Virus genome (UHGV): UHGV-0120889
Source of the DNA: a virus
Length of the DNA: 64,000 bases
Reading direction: 5' to 3' (one strand)
Shown: positions 28,442-37,552 of the stretch, piece by piece
Layout of the letters: each line of letters opens with the position of its first letter
How positions within the stretch are numbered: position 1 is the stretch's first letter
Notes under the pieces: generated by a model
The model's input: the letters and a program-made list of their open reading frames with translations, nothing else
The model's database searches: none
What the model was told of the DNA's origin: nothing
Position numbers and translations under genes: made by a program

Positions 28442-30753
28442 TCACCAAGGTAATTAAAAGCAACGGATGTGAAGTGGCATTCGATCCAGAACGTTTAAAT
28501 AAGGCAGCTATTTTCGGTGACGATGGTAACGGCAATTGGTCACATATTGCACTGGATGCCTACAAGCGGTTGTATGATGGATGTACAACCAAAGAAGTTA
28601 ACCAAGCTATTATAGACTCTTGTGTTAGCCGTAAAGACGAAGCACATTCCCGTATGGCTGGTCGTGTTCTTATTGGTCAGATCTATAAAGAGGCTTTTGG
28701 AGGGTTTACAAAGATCCCTTCCTTACCATCATTTTACAATGACATGGTTGAGAAAGGTTATTGGGAGGATATGGGTTATAGCTTTACCGAGCTGAACACT
28801 TTAGACGCTGTTATTGACCACAGTAAAGATCTCGGTTATGGCTATGCAGTCCTTAAACAGTTTCGCGACAAATACGGGATCAAGGATACTCTTAAAGACA
28901 CCTTGTTTGAATCTCCCCAGATGATGTTTATGGGGATAGCAATGGCTGTCATGAAGAATATGCCGAAAGAACGTCGTATCAACGATGTTGTAAAATTATA
29001 CACTTATCTGTCCGACTTAAAGATCAATGCCCCAACACCGTACTTAAACGGGCTGCGTACAGGTAAGACAGGGTATGCATCTTGTTGTGTAATAAAAGCT
29101 GACGATACAGCAAAATCTATTGGTGTGGCACGTGAAGTTGCGTACACAATGACGGTTAACCAAGCAGGTATCGGCTACTACTTATCCTCAAGATCTGCAG
29201 GCGATGGTGTTCGTGGTAACACTATTAAACATATGGGTAAGATTCCATATTATCGAGGTATTGATGCTGGGGTTAAGGAGAACAGACAACAATCACGTGG
29301 TGGTTCTGCAACAGTATCATTCCTTGCACTGGACCCGCAGATTGATGAGCTAATCCGTTTGAGAAACCCTATGACTGTTGCTTCAAAAAGAATCAACACC
29401 ATGGACTACTCCATCGGTATTAATAGGTCGTTTATCAACCGTGTGGCTAAGAATTTAGATTGGATGCTTGTTTCTTATAAGCACGCGCCTCAACTGCATG
29501 AGGGTATCTTCACCATGTCTATGGAGGAGTTTGATGCAGAGGTTGATCGTATTGCTAAAGATGACAGTATTCCTAAAACATGGATCCGAGCCAGAGATCT
29601 TGCTGTTGAACTGATCACGCAGCGTACTGAGGTGGGAAGGCTGTATGTATACTGGACAGATGAGATGAATAGGCATACACCTTTTAAAGATGTGATCTAT
29701 TCAAGCAACCTGTGTGCAGAAATAGCCCTCCCGACAAAAGGCTATTCAGATATGCGTAATATCTTCAAGTACGATGTTGATGATGGTGAGGTTGCATTGT
29801 GCTTCCTGTCATCTCTTGTAGCTGGAAGGGTTACCCCAGAGGAGTATGAGGATGTTGCATACTACACGGTGCTTATGATTGACAATGTTATGGAAATCAT
29901 GACATATCCGTATGAAAATATGGAGAGCACTGTTAAAAAACGCAGATCCATCGGGGTTGGCCTTACCAATGTTGCACATTTTATTGCCAGCCACAAGGTT
30001 ACTTACGGATCTCCTGAAAGTAAACAGCTCGTTCACGATCTTGCAGAACTTCACAGCTACAGCTTGCATAAGGCAAGTTTACGGTTGGCAAAAGAGCGTG
30101 GTGTCTGCGAGTGGATGCATAAAACAAAATATCCAGAAGGTTGGTTACCAATCGACACCTATAACAAAGAGGTCGATAGCGTGGTGAAAGATCCTTCTCT
30201 TAAACAGGATTGGGAAGGGTTACGTAAAGAAATCATTGAGAATGGTGGGCTACGTAATAGCGTTCTTGAAGCATATATGCCTAATGAAAGCTCTTCGCTG
30301 GCAACAAACACCACTAACGGGGTTTATCCTGTCCGTGAGCACATTATCTTTAAAAAGTCGCCACAAGGGCAGGTGCTGTTTATCGTTCCTGACTATGATG
30401 AGTTGAAAGAGTATTACACCTCGGCTTGGGACGTTGATACTAACGACATGATCGATATGTATGCCGTGATTCAAAAATTCACAGGTCAGGCAATCAGCGC
30501 GGATTTATACATAGACTACACCAAGTTGAAAGATGGTAAAATTTCAATGAAGGAGCAGTTAGGGTACCTTATCCGTGCCACTAAATTCGGGATGAAGACA
30601 TGGTATTATTTAAACTCTAGGGTTGGTGCTGGTGACTCCTTGGCAGAGGAACTTCATGCCAAGAAACAGGCTGAAGATGAAACCAGAAAGAACTATCCTT
30701 TGATTGCAGATAGTTCAGTTGAAGATCCGTATTGCGAAAGCTGTGCACTATAA
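28438..30753 (+). CDS. nrdA: ribonucleotide reductase class Ia, alpha subunit NrdA
   Basis: 771 aa; conserved NLCAEIALPTKG and C-terminal CESCAL redox tail; TTG start overlapping upstream stop. Confidence 0.85.
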   Translation: MITKVIKSNGCEVAFDPERLNKAAIFGDDGNGNWSHIALDAYKRLYDGCTTKEVNQAIIDSCVSRKDEAHSRMAGRVLIGQIYKEAFGGFTKIPSLPSFYNDMVEKGYWEDMGYSFTELNTLDAVIDHSKDLGYGYAVLKQFRDKYGIKDTLKDTLFESPQMMFMGIAMAVMKNMPKERRINDVVKLYTYLSDLKINAPTPYLNGLRTGKTGYASCCVIKADDTAKSIGVAREVAYTMTVNQAGIGYYLSSRSAGDGVRGNTIKHMGKIPYYRGIDAGVKENRQQSRGGSATVSFLALDPQIDELIRLRNPMTVASKRINTMDYSIGINRSFINRVAKNLDWMLVSYKHAPQLHEGIFTMSMEEFDAEVDRIAKDDSIPKTWIRARDLAVELITQRTEVGRLYVYWTDEMNRHTPFKDVIYSSNLCAEIALPTKGYSDMRNIFKYDVDDGEVALCFLSSLVAGRVTPEEYEDVAYYTVLMIDNVMEIMTYPYENMESTVKKRRSIGVGLTNVAHFIASHKVTYGSPESKQLVHDLAELHSYSLHKASLRLAKERGVCEWMHKTKYPEGWLPIDTYNKEVDSVVKDPSLKQDWEGLRKEIIENGGLRNSVLEAYMPNESSSLATNTTNGVYPVREHIIFKKSPQGQVLFIVPDYDELKEYYTSAWDVDTNDMIDMYAVIQKFTGQAISADLYIDYTKLKDGKISMKEQLGYLIRATKFGMKTWYYLNSRVGAGDSLAEELHAKKQAEDETRKNYPLIADSSVEDPYCESCAL

Positions 30754-30791
30754 TTTTAAAGGGGCTTCGGCCCCATTTTAGAGGTAGAATA

Positions 30792-31880
30792 ATGGCTGTA
30801 TTTAATGCTGAGAACACCGCTCATAAAACTGGTGACTATCCGCTGTTTCTGGGACAGCAAATGGGTATGTACGACTCTATCAACAAAAAATATCCACAAC
30901 TGTTTGAACTATACAAAAAACAAAAAGAGCAAGATTGGGCAGAGGATGAAGTGGATTTGTCGCAATCTATTTCAGATTTTGTAACATGCTCAAAATCAAC
31001 TTATGACGTGATGGTGCAGACCTTGATGTGGCAATGGGAGGCTGATAGCGTTGCGGCAAGATCGATCATCTGCCTCTTTTCACCATTCATCACTAATAGT
31101 GAGCTTTTCACTCTATTGATGAAACAGTCAGAGATTGAAGTTCTTCACGCACTAACTTACTCAGAGATTGTTAGACAATGCCTCCCCAATGCCCGTGAGA
31201 TTATAGAAGAGATTCAGGAAAACCAAAACGTTCTGAGCAGATCCGGCGTTATTGTCAAATACATGCAAGAGCTTGAGGTTATTGGTGCAAAATACCGCCT
31301 GGATCCTTCTAGTGTTGAAGAAGATATTGTGCGGAAATGCATTCTTAGAGCGCTTTTTGCGCTTTTAGCTCTGGAAAGTATTGAGTTTATTGCAAGTTTT
31401 GCATGCACTTTCGCAGTAGCTGAACAGGGTATCTTTGTTCAGGTGGCGCAGCTTGTTCAAAAAATCATGCTTGACGAAATGCTACATTCGAAAGGTGATT
31501 TTGCCATCATTGATATCTTGCTTAATGATCCCGCATGGGAGAAAAGCTTCCTTGAGATAAAGGGGGAGTTAAAAGAGATTCTTGATGAAGTACGAACCAA
31601 AGAGTACGGTTGGAGTGACTATATTTTCAGCGAAGGAAGAGCGATTATAGGTCTTAACTCACCGTTGCTTAAAGAGTGGGTTGACTATAACTGCTCACCG
31701 ATTTATGATTACTACGACATCGACAAAGACTTTGTGCCGCCAACAAAGGACCCGCTACCGTTTATGCAGGTGTGGATGAAACCTTCATTACAACAGACGG
31801 CGAACCAAGAAATGTCGAACACTGACTACCGCGTCAACACAACTGTTAACGACGCTGAAGAAGAAATTTGGGAGTTTTAA
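30792..31880 (+). CDS. nrdB: ribonucleotide reductase class Ia, beta subunit NrdB
   Basis: Trimmed to ATG 30792 (MAVFNAENTAHK..., RBS GAGGTAG); 362 aa downstream of nrdA. Confidence 0.8.
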   Translation: MAVFNAENTAHKTGDYPLFLGQQMGMYDSINKKYPQLFELYKKQKEQDWAEDEVDLSQSISDFVTCSKSTYDVMVQTLMWQWEADSVAARSIICLFSPFITNSELFTLLMKQSEIEVLHALTYSEIVRQCLPNAREIIEEIQENQNVLSRSGVIVKYMQELEVIGAKYRLDPSSVEEDIVRKCILRALFALLALESIEFIASFACTFAVAEQGIFVQVAQLVQKIMLDEMLHSKGDFAIIDILLNDPAWEKSFLEIKGELKEILDEVRTKEYGWSDYIFSEGRAIIGLNSPLLKEWVDYNCSPIYDYYDIDKDFVPPTKDPLPFMQVWMKPSLQQTANQEMSNTDYRVNTTVNDAEEEIWEF

Positions 31881-31883
31881 TAT

Positions 31884-32162
31884 ATGAGCTGCGAAAAATC
31901 TTTTTTCATCATCATTTACGGTAAGGATAACTGCCCACATTGTGTCAGAGCAAAAGAATTTGCAATCAGCAAAGGTCTGCCTTTTGTATATAAGACACTT
32001 GGCGAGGGCTACACAAAAGAAGAGCTTATTGAGAAGTGCAGTCCAATCGTCCCCCGAACGTTGCCGCAGATCTTCTTAGAAAGCGATCTTGACAGTATCC
32101 ATATAGGCGGTGCCGACGATTTCATCTCTTTTGTTAAGAATGGTTTTGGAGAGAAAAAGTGA
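31884..32162 (+). CDS. glutaredoxin-like protein (NrdH/Grx family)
   Basis: 92 aa with CPHC redox motif, between nrdB and nrdD. Confidence 0.6.
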   Translation: MSCEKSFFIIIYGKDNCPHCVRAKEFAISKGLPFVYKTLGEGYTKEELIEKCSPIVPRTLPQIFLESDLDSIHIGGADDFISFVKNGFGEKK

Positions 32163-33019
32163 AAGTTGTAAAACGGGACGGTAGAGAAGAGTTCTATAAC
32201 GGAATTAAGGTGATCAAGGCGGCAGAGTCCGCCTTACTTGAGTCTGGACATACTGAAGAAGAAGCTTACCGGATCGCTTGTGCGGTTAATGAAGTTGTTG
32301 CTAACAATCTGCCAACCGACCAGTGCACGATCTCTGTAAAAAATATCCATATCCTTGTTGAAGATGCTCTTATGGATATGGGTTTAAAATGTGCAGCCAG
32401 AGAATACATCCAGTATAGACAGACAAGAGATAATAACAGAGAGGCAGGTGGAAAACTACTTGCAGATATTAGTGGCTTCTTGGATCGAACTTGTGATGAA
32501 TTTACAAAAGAAAACGCAAATAAGCCCACTAATCATGTACACACTCATCGTGACCTGCTTGCAGGCATCCTTAGCAAACACCTTGCATCAACACAGATCC
32601 TGCCAGACCGTGTTTCAGAAGAGCACAATAAAGGCTTCATCCATGTGCATGATCTTGACTACTTGATCAGTCCGTTAACAAACTGTTGTTTGGTAAATTA
32701 TCCAGATATGTTGGAAAACGGATTCAACATTGGCAACGCCCATGTCAGTAAGCCGAAGTCAATAGGGGTTGCAACAACAATCCTTAGTCAAATCTCTAGC
32801 GCGGTAGCTAGTGCTCAATATGGTGGTCAGACTATGAGCCATATTGATCATTATCTGGCACAGTATGCTGAAGCAACCTATGAGAAGAACCTTAAATTTT
32901 GCCAGGAACATTGGTTGCCGGATGCTGAAACTGTTGCAATGCAAATGACAGATAAAGATGTATTTGACAGCATGCAGACTTTGCTCTATCAAATCAATAC
33001 GTTAACCTCTGTCAACGGT
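32159..33019 (+). CDS. nrdD: anaerobic ribonucleotide reductase NrdD, exon 1
   Basis: Ends ...YQINTLTSVNG matching NrdD (E. coli EYEVNTLHTANG as recalled); frame hits TAA at 33020-33022, the first intron codon. Confidence 0.8.
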
Positions 33020-33173
33020 TAACAAACTGGCCGTTGTAAAACTCTCCTAACCTCATAAGAGGGGTCGGTAAATCCGGCTAACGGGGAACGCTAAGGCGAA
33101 AGCTATGCCAATCCCGTGACTAGTTCTTACAGGAGTTGGAACGGTTGTAACGACTAACGAAAGGCAGAGATGC

Positions 33174-33202
33174 TTGACAAACATTTCTGAACCAAGTAGT
33201 GT
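33174..33202 (+). promoter_or_regulatory. sigma70-like promoter inside nrdD intron, upstream of HNH ORF (TTGACA-N17-TAGTGT)
   Basis: TTGACA at 33174-33179, TAGTGT at 33197-33202. Confidence 0.4.
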
Positions 33203-33243
33203 AGGGGTTAGTTGAAATACTAACTTCGAAATGGAGAGGCTCT

Positions 33244-33777
33244 ATGAAAAAGATCATTCTTAATGGTGAAGAATCGAACTATGTGATTGATGAGGTTGGA
33301 AACGTATACGGAAAACGTGGAATGCTACACCCAATATTGTGGGGAGGTTATGGAAAAGGTAACAAGCATGTTAAACGCCGTTATATGTACTCTTTCAACC
33401 ACAAAGGTAAAAAGATTCGAATCCAAACCTCAAGGGTTGTTGCCTTGTATTGTTTGCCAGATGTCCCAGAAGACCCTGAAAACTGGGAAGTGAATCATAA
33501 AGATGGCAATACATTGAATGATCATCCGTCTAACCTAGAGTGGGTTTTGCCGGAAGATAATAAGAGACATGCTTTCCGAACAGGACTTTGTCCAGGTAAG
33601 TGCTATAGGAAAGTGCAGGCATACAAAGGGAAAATCTTGGTGGGTGAATATCCTTCACTCTATGCCTGTGCAAAAGCCTTAAATTTGAACGTAGGTAACG
33701 TTCACAGGGCTATCGAAGGAAATGCCGAAGGTAAGCATCTCACAATAAAGGGTTATTATCTTATTGAAGTAGAGTAA
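33244..33777 (+). CDS. HNH homing endonuclease (intron-encoded)
   Basis: EVNHKDGNTLNDHPSNLEWV is a classic HNH motif; 177 aa inside the intron. Confidence 0.75.
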   Translation: MKKIILNGEESNYVIDEVGNVYGKRGMLHPILWGGYGKGNKHVKRRYMYSFNHKGKKIRIQTSRVVALYCLPDVPEDPENWEVNHKDGNTLNDHPSNLEWVLPEDNKRHAFRTGLCPGKCYRKVQAYKGKILVGEYPSLYACAKALNLNVGNVHRAIEGNAEGKHLTIKGYYLIEVE

Positions 33778-33816
33778 GAGATAGTCTGGCCCTGTGGAAA
33801 CACAGGGAGGAGACAG

Positions 33817-35079
33817 CAGACTCCATTCATCACATTAAGTTTAGGACTAGATACCTCGGTCTTTGGTAGAATGATTACCAAAAACTACTTGAAAGTCCAC
33901 AAAATGGGTCTTGGTGAAGAACGTATCACACCTGTGTTCCCTAAAGTGCTGTTCTTCCTGGAAGAGGGTGTCAACATGAACCCTGGGGATCCTAACTATG
34001 ATTTGAAACGATTAGCTCTGGAATGCTGTGCAGAACGTATCTATCCTGACTTCGTATCTGTACCACTAAATAGAAAAGTGACAGGCTCGACAGATGGCAA
34101 AGTAACTAGCATGGGTTGCAGGAGTTTTCTTAGCAAATACAATGACTTGGAAACAGGCGAGGAGAAATACCTTGGCAGATTTAACTTAGGCGTTGTTAGC
34201 CTTAACCTGCCAATGATTGCGGCAAAAGCTAAAACGGAAGGTGTTGATTTCTTTGCAGTTCTTGACGAATACCTGGATCTTGCATACGAGGCTCACCTTG
34301 TAAGGGTTAATCGTCTAAAAGGGACAAAGGCAGGGCAGAACCCTATCATGTGGTGTGAAGGCGCTCTTGCTCGCCTGGACCCTGAAGAGAGTATTGATAA
34401 ACTCTTCTATGACGGGTACGCTTCCATCAGTATTGGGTATATTGGTGTGTATGAAACCTGTCAGATTTTGGGCAGAGAGGGTGACAAGGCTTTAGCTCTT
34501 GGAATCCTTCAGCACATGAGAGATGCTTGTGAGCGACACAAGAAGGAAAGTAGACTAGCGTTTAGCTTGTACGGCACCCCTTCTGAGAGTCTATGCTATA
34601 AAGCTGCAACCTGTCTGGATCGTGAATATCCTGAAGTGTTGAAGCACGAGCATGAATATCTCACCAACAGTTTCCATCAGCCAGTATGGATCAATAGCTC
34701 TCCTTTTGATAAGTGGGAGTATGAGGAAGGTTTTGCTATGATCTCCTCTGGTGGCAACATCGGATACGTAGAGACACCAAATCTGAAAAACAACTTAGAT
34801 GCTTTGGAAGCTCTTGTTGATTTCGGATATAAACACATTATGTATTTTGGTATTAACCAACCTGTGGATAAATGTCTCAAGTGTGGTTTCTCTGGTGAGT
34901 TCAGTGCAACAGCTAAAGGCTTTGTATGCCCAGAGTGTGGAAACCATGAAGAGGGAACGATCAGTGTAATTCGACGTGTGTCTGGATACCTTTCCAGTCC
35001 TAACTCCCGTCCTTACAATAAAGGTAAGCAAGCGGAAGTTATCGAGCGAGTTAAGCACTACGGAAGTTGTGGTTGCTGA
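33817..35079 (+). CDS. nrdD: anaerobic ribonucleotide reductase NrdD, exon 2
   Basis: Starts QTPFITLSLGLDTSVFGR...ITPVFPKVLFF...GDPNYDLKRLALECC, continuing NrdD; C-terminal glycyl-radical/zinc region; spliced protein about 707 aa. Confidence 0.8.
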   Translation, partial: QTPFITLSLGLDTSVFGRMITKNYLKVHKMGLGEERITPVFPKVLFFLEEGVNMNPGDPNYDLKRLALECCAERIYPDFVSVPLNRKVTGSTDGKVTSMGCRSFLSKYNDLETGEEKYLGRFNLGVVSLNLPMIAAKAKTEGVDFFAVLDEYLDLAYEAHLVRVNRLKGTKAGQNPIMWCEGALARLDPEESIDKLFYDGYASISIGYIGVYETCQILGREGDKALALGILQHMRDACERHKKESRLAFSLYGTPSESLCYKAATCLDREYPEVLKHEHEYLTNSFHQPVWINSSPFDKWEYEEGFAMISSGGNIGYVETPNLKNNLDALEALVDFGYKHIMYFGINQPVDKCLKCGFSGEFSATAKGFVCPECGNHEEGTISVIRRVSGYLSSPNSRPYNKGKQAEVIERVKHYGSCGC

Positions 35080-35142
35080 TTCTTGACAAAAGCCACAAGA
35101 ATGTGGCATATTATTGACACACAGTGAGCTAGGAGGTGCAGT

Positions 35143-35259
35143 ATGTCATCAGGTATTTATAAAATTTGCAAGTGCGGCTGTAGTTGTAATCTTCGTTGGT
35201 GCAAGGCACTAGACGATTTTATTTGGCATTGCCCTAAATGTGATGCGGAGTATCTATGA
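35143..35259 (+). CDS. small Cys-rich zinc-ribbon protein (38 aa)
   Basis: MSSGIYKICKCGCSCNLRWCKALDDFIWHCPKCDAEYL; RBS AGGAGG; stop overlaps nrdG start (ATGA); below track size cutoff. Confidence 0.4.
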   Translation: MSSGIYKICKCGCSCNLRWCKALDDFIWHCPKCDAEYL

Positions 35260-35729
35260 ACATTGCTGGATACACAGAAATATCTTACACCGAAGGACCA
35301 GGTATTAGAACTGCCTTGTGGGTATCTGGGTGCCCACACGCTTGCCCTGGTTGCTTTAATCAGGCATTTTGGTCAAAAGATAAGGGGAGGAAGTTCACTG
35401 AAGAAGACTTGCAAAAAATCTTGTCAGATTTAGATAACCCGTCTGTGTGCGGTATCTCTCTACTAGGTGGAGAACCCTTAGCATACTATAATGAGCCAGA
35501 TATTATTAGCCTGATGGAGAAAATTAAGGAAAAATTTGGTGACAAGAAAACTATTCTTGTATATACTGGGTTCACATTTGACCATATCTCTAGTGATGTT
35601 CTTAAACTGGCTGATATCATCATTGACGGTAAGTATGTAAAAGATTTACCAACCAAGAAACCGTTCCGAGGCAGTGATAACCAAAGAATGTTTAAAAAAG
35701 TATCAGGCGGTTGGGTTCAGGTAGACTAG
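35256..35729 (+). CDS. nrdG: anaerobic RNR activating enzyme NrdG (radical SAM)
   Basis: Cys motif CPHACPGC; 157 aa downstream of nrdD. Confidence 0.8.
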   Translation: MNIAGYTEISYTEGPGIRTALWVSGCPHACPGCFNQAFWSKDKGRKFTEEDLQKILSDLDNPSVCGISLLGGEPLAYYNEPDIISLMEKIKEKFGDKKTILVYTGFTFDHISSDVLKLADIIIDGKYVKDLPTKKPFRGSDNQRMFKKVSGGWVQVD

Positions 35730-35732
35730 TTG

Positions 35733-35762
35733 TTGACAAAGCTTTGTTGAGTTGGTTATAAT
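35733..35762 (+). promoter_or_regulatory. sigma70-like promoter (TTGACA-N18-TATAAT)
   Basis: TTGACA at 35733-35738, TATAAT at 35757-35762. Confidence 0.6.
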
Positions 35763-35791
35763 TGCCGTAATGAAAGCAGAGGAGGTGCCAA

Positions 35792-35905
35792 ATGGCTAAA
35801 AAAGCCTTGAAGAAGGCGTACAAGAAAGAGATTGCGCTTGAGCTTAAGAAAAAACACAAGCGTGAAAAGAAACATCATGAAGATGAAGAGGGGGTGCAAC
35901 AGTGA
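35792..35905 (+). CDS. small highly basic protein (37 aa)
   Basis: MAKKALKKAYKKEIALELKKKHKREKKHHEDEEGVQQ; RBS GAGGAGG; stop overlaps GTG start of next ORF. Confidence 0.4.
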   Translation: MAKKALKKAYKKEIALELKKKHKREKKHHEDEEGVQQ

Positions 35906-36252
35906 CACAAGAACGTATCGATTTGGCTAATAAGTTTGTAGATCTCATTTTGCCACGGTTAGTTACTCAACATGCAGATGCTATTTCTACTAATCTTGAT
36001 GGCTTACGCCTAATGCTGAATCGCACAGATGACCCTCGTATTCGGGCTGATTTAGAAGCCTCTGCCAACAAACTGGAAAAGTTCTTGCAAGTAGACACGC
36101 AAGAAGCCTTGCACAAGATTATGGTGGAAGGTTTCTCTAAAGAATTTACCATTAAAGAGCTTAAGGAGCTGATCCACCAAGAAGAGATGAATATCCGAGT
36201 TCAGGCTGTTGCAAGCAGCATGGAAGCGGCTATTGAAAAACTGTTGCAGTAA
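35902..36252 (+). CDS. hypothetical protein
   Basis: 116 aa ORF with GTG start. Confidence 0.4.
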   Translation: MTQERIDLANKFVDLILPRLVTQHADAISTNLDGLRLMLNRTDDPRIRADLEASANKLEKFLQVDTQEALHKIMVEGFSKEFTIKELKELIHQEEMNIRVQAVASSMEAAIEKLLQ

Positions 36253-36290
36253 AAGTACTTGGCACATCTCAATCTGAAAGGAGTCCCAAC

Positions 36291-37079
36291 ATGGGTCGAG
36301 CTAAAGAAACAAAACGCATGCGTGATGAAGCTAGAGAGGCTCGCAAATCTGATCGCCTGCGTAAGGCTGCTGAGAAATTTGCTGACGAAAGAGAGCACAC
36401 CGCTCCAGCTCTCCGACCAATGAATAAGAAGCAGCAAAAGTATCTTGATTATCTAGGGTCACGTAAGATTATTATTGTAAACGGTGTGTTTGGATCTGGT
36501 AAGACATTCATGGCATCTGCATATGCAGGTGATCTTCTGCGTAAGAACGAGATTGATAAGATTATTGTTGCACGTCCTTACGTTCAGACAGGAAAGACTT
36601 CAGGATTTAAACCTGGAAATGCAATGCAGAAACTGTGGCCCTATCTTCGAAGCATGATGGACACGATTTGTCGTCGTGTTGGCAAAGGTGCTTTTGCCGC
36701 AATGCTGGGAGACGGTCAGAACAGCCGTATCGAGATTTGTGAAGTTGAAAGCATTCGTGGTCGTAGTTTCGATGAGCGATGCTTTGTCCTGATTGACGAG
36801 GCACAGCAAACTAACCCTGAAGAAATGTTGTCAATTATCACAAGGATCTCTGATCAAGCCACCCTTGTAATTATGGGTGATAATAGCCAACGTGACATCC
36901 CTGGTAAATCTGGCCTTGCATGGGTGACGGATTTCTTTACTCGTCATCCAGATCCTGAGGTTGGAATGATCAGCTTTGATAGTCCAGACGATGTCGTTCG
37001 TTCTGGGTTGGGTCGTCAGATCGCACTCAATCTTATTGAGGATCGTGCAAATCATATTTGGACCCCTGTTTCCGAGTAA
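36291..37079 (+). CDS. phoH: PhoH-like ATPase
   Basis: P-loop GVFGSGKTF and downstream LIDEAQ, IMGDNSQRD motifs typical of PhoH. Confidence 0.75.
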   Translation: MGRAKETKRMRDEAREARKSDRLRKAAEKFADEREHTAPALRPMNKKQQKYLDYLGSRKIIIVNGVFGSGKTFMASAYAGDLLRKNEIDKIIVARPYVQTGKTSGFKPGNAMQKLWPYLRSMMDTICRRVGKGAFAAMLGDGQNSRIEICEVESIRGRSFDERCFVLIDEAQQTNPEEMLSIITRISDQATLVIMGDNSQRDIPGKSGLAWVTDFFTRHPDPEVGMISFDSPDDVVRSGLGRQIALNLIEDRANHIWTPVSE

Positions 37080-37123
37080 TACAGAAGGGTGGTTATTCCA
37101 CCCTTAAATATCTAAAACAGTTG

Positions 37124-37152
37124 TTGACAAATAGGTAAGCTTTAGATATTAT
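37124..37152 (+). promoter_or_regulatory. sigma70-like promoter (TTGACA-N17-TATTAT)
   Basis: TTGACA at 37124-37129, TATTAT at 37147-37152; preceded by hairpin AAGGGTGG-TTATT-CCACCCTT (37085-37105). Confidence 0.55.
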
Positions 37153-37180
37153 TATCGGACAAAACAGAGAGAAGGACAGT

Positions 37181-37492
37181 ATGGCTACAATACAAGAGAA
37201 ACTGAATAAAATATACTGCCTGTTTGTCTATAACGGCGAGACAATTTTGGCAAATAAAGGATCCAAGAATGTGTGGACCAAGGACAGTGGTGGTAATATA
37301 ATTAACTTAGCGTTGCTACGTGAGCGCCGACACAGATTCTTTATCGAGTCTCGAATTATTGAAAGCAGCACTTGCTACAGAACAGGCGATAAAGTAATTG
37401 TTGACAATGATACGTGGTATGTGGTAGACTGGCAATCATTGAGTTGTGATGCTTCTGACAATCGTAAGTATTCCCTAGTGATTGCTAAATAA
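37181..37492 (+). CDS. hypothetical protein
   Basis: 103 aa ORF downstream of promoter. Confidence 0.4.
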   Translation: MATIQEKLNKIYCLFVYNGETILANKGSKNVWTKDSGGNIINLALLRERRHRFFIESRIIESSTCYRTGDKVIVDNDTWYVVDWQSLSCDASDNRKYSLVIAK

Positions 37493-37552
37493 AGGTAAAT
37501 GTGAATCAGGTTTAAATAAATAGCTTTCAACTTCCAATATTAAGGATTTCTC

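Larger units (their letters stand above)
33020..33816 (+). mobile_element. group I intron in nrdD carrying an HNH homing endonuclease ORF
   Basis: Exon 1 ends CAACGGU then UAA; guide GCCGUUG at 33030-33036 pairs with exon end; R-like GUUGUAACGACUAACG 33144-33159; S-like GAGAUAGUCUGG 33778-33790 then hairpin CCCUGUGGAAACACAGGG; terminal G at 33816. Confidence 0.8.

Noticed and set aside
28438-30753. Intein or intron in nrdA
   Set aside because: Length (771 aa) and uninterrupted motifs match intact NrdA; no insertion apparent.
32266-32992. ORFs 32266-32529, 32391-32666 and 32759-32992 inside nrdD exon 1
   Set aside because: Antisense or alternative frame within a gene supported by strong NrdD motifs.
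33287-33493. ORF 33287-33493 within the HNH endonuclease gene
   Set aside because: Alternative frame inside the HNH ORF, which carries the diagnostic motif.
33871-35079. ATG at 33871 as the start of an independent C-terminal NrdD gene
   Set aside because: The frame is open upstream to 33778 and encodes QTPFITLSLGLDTS, a conserved NrdD segment that joins exon 1 exactly, so the true exon begins at 33817 after splicing.
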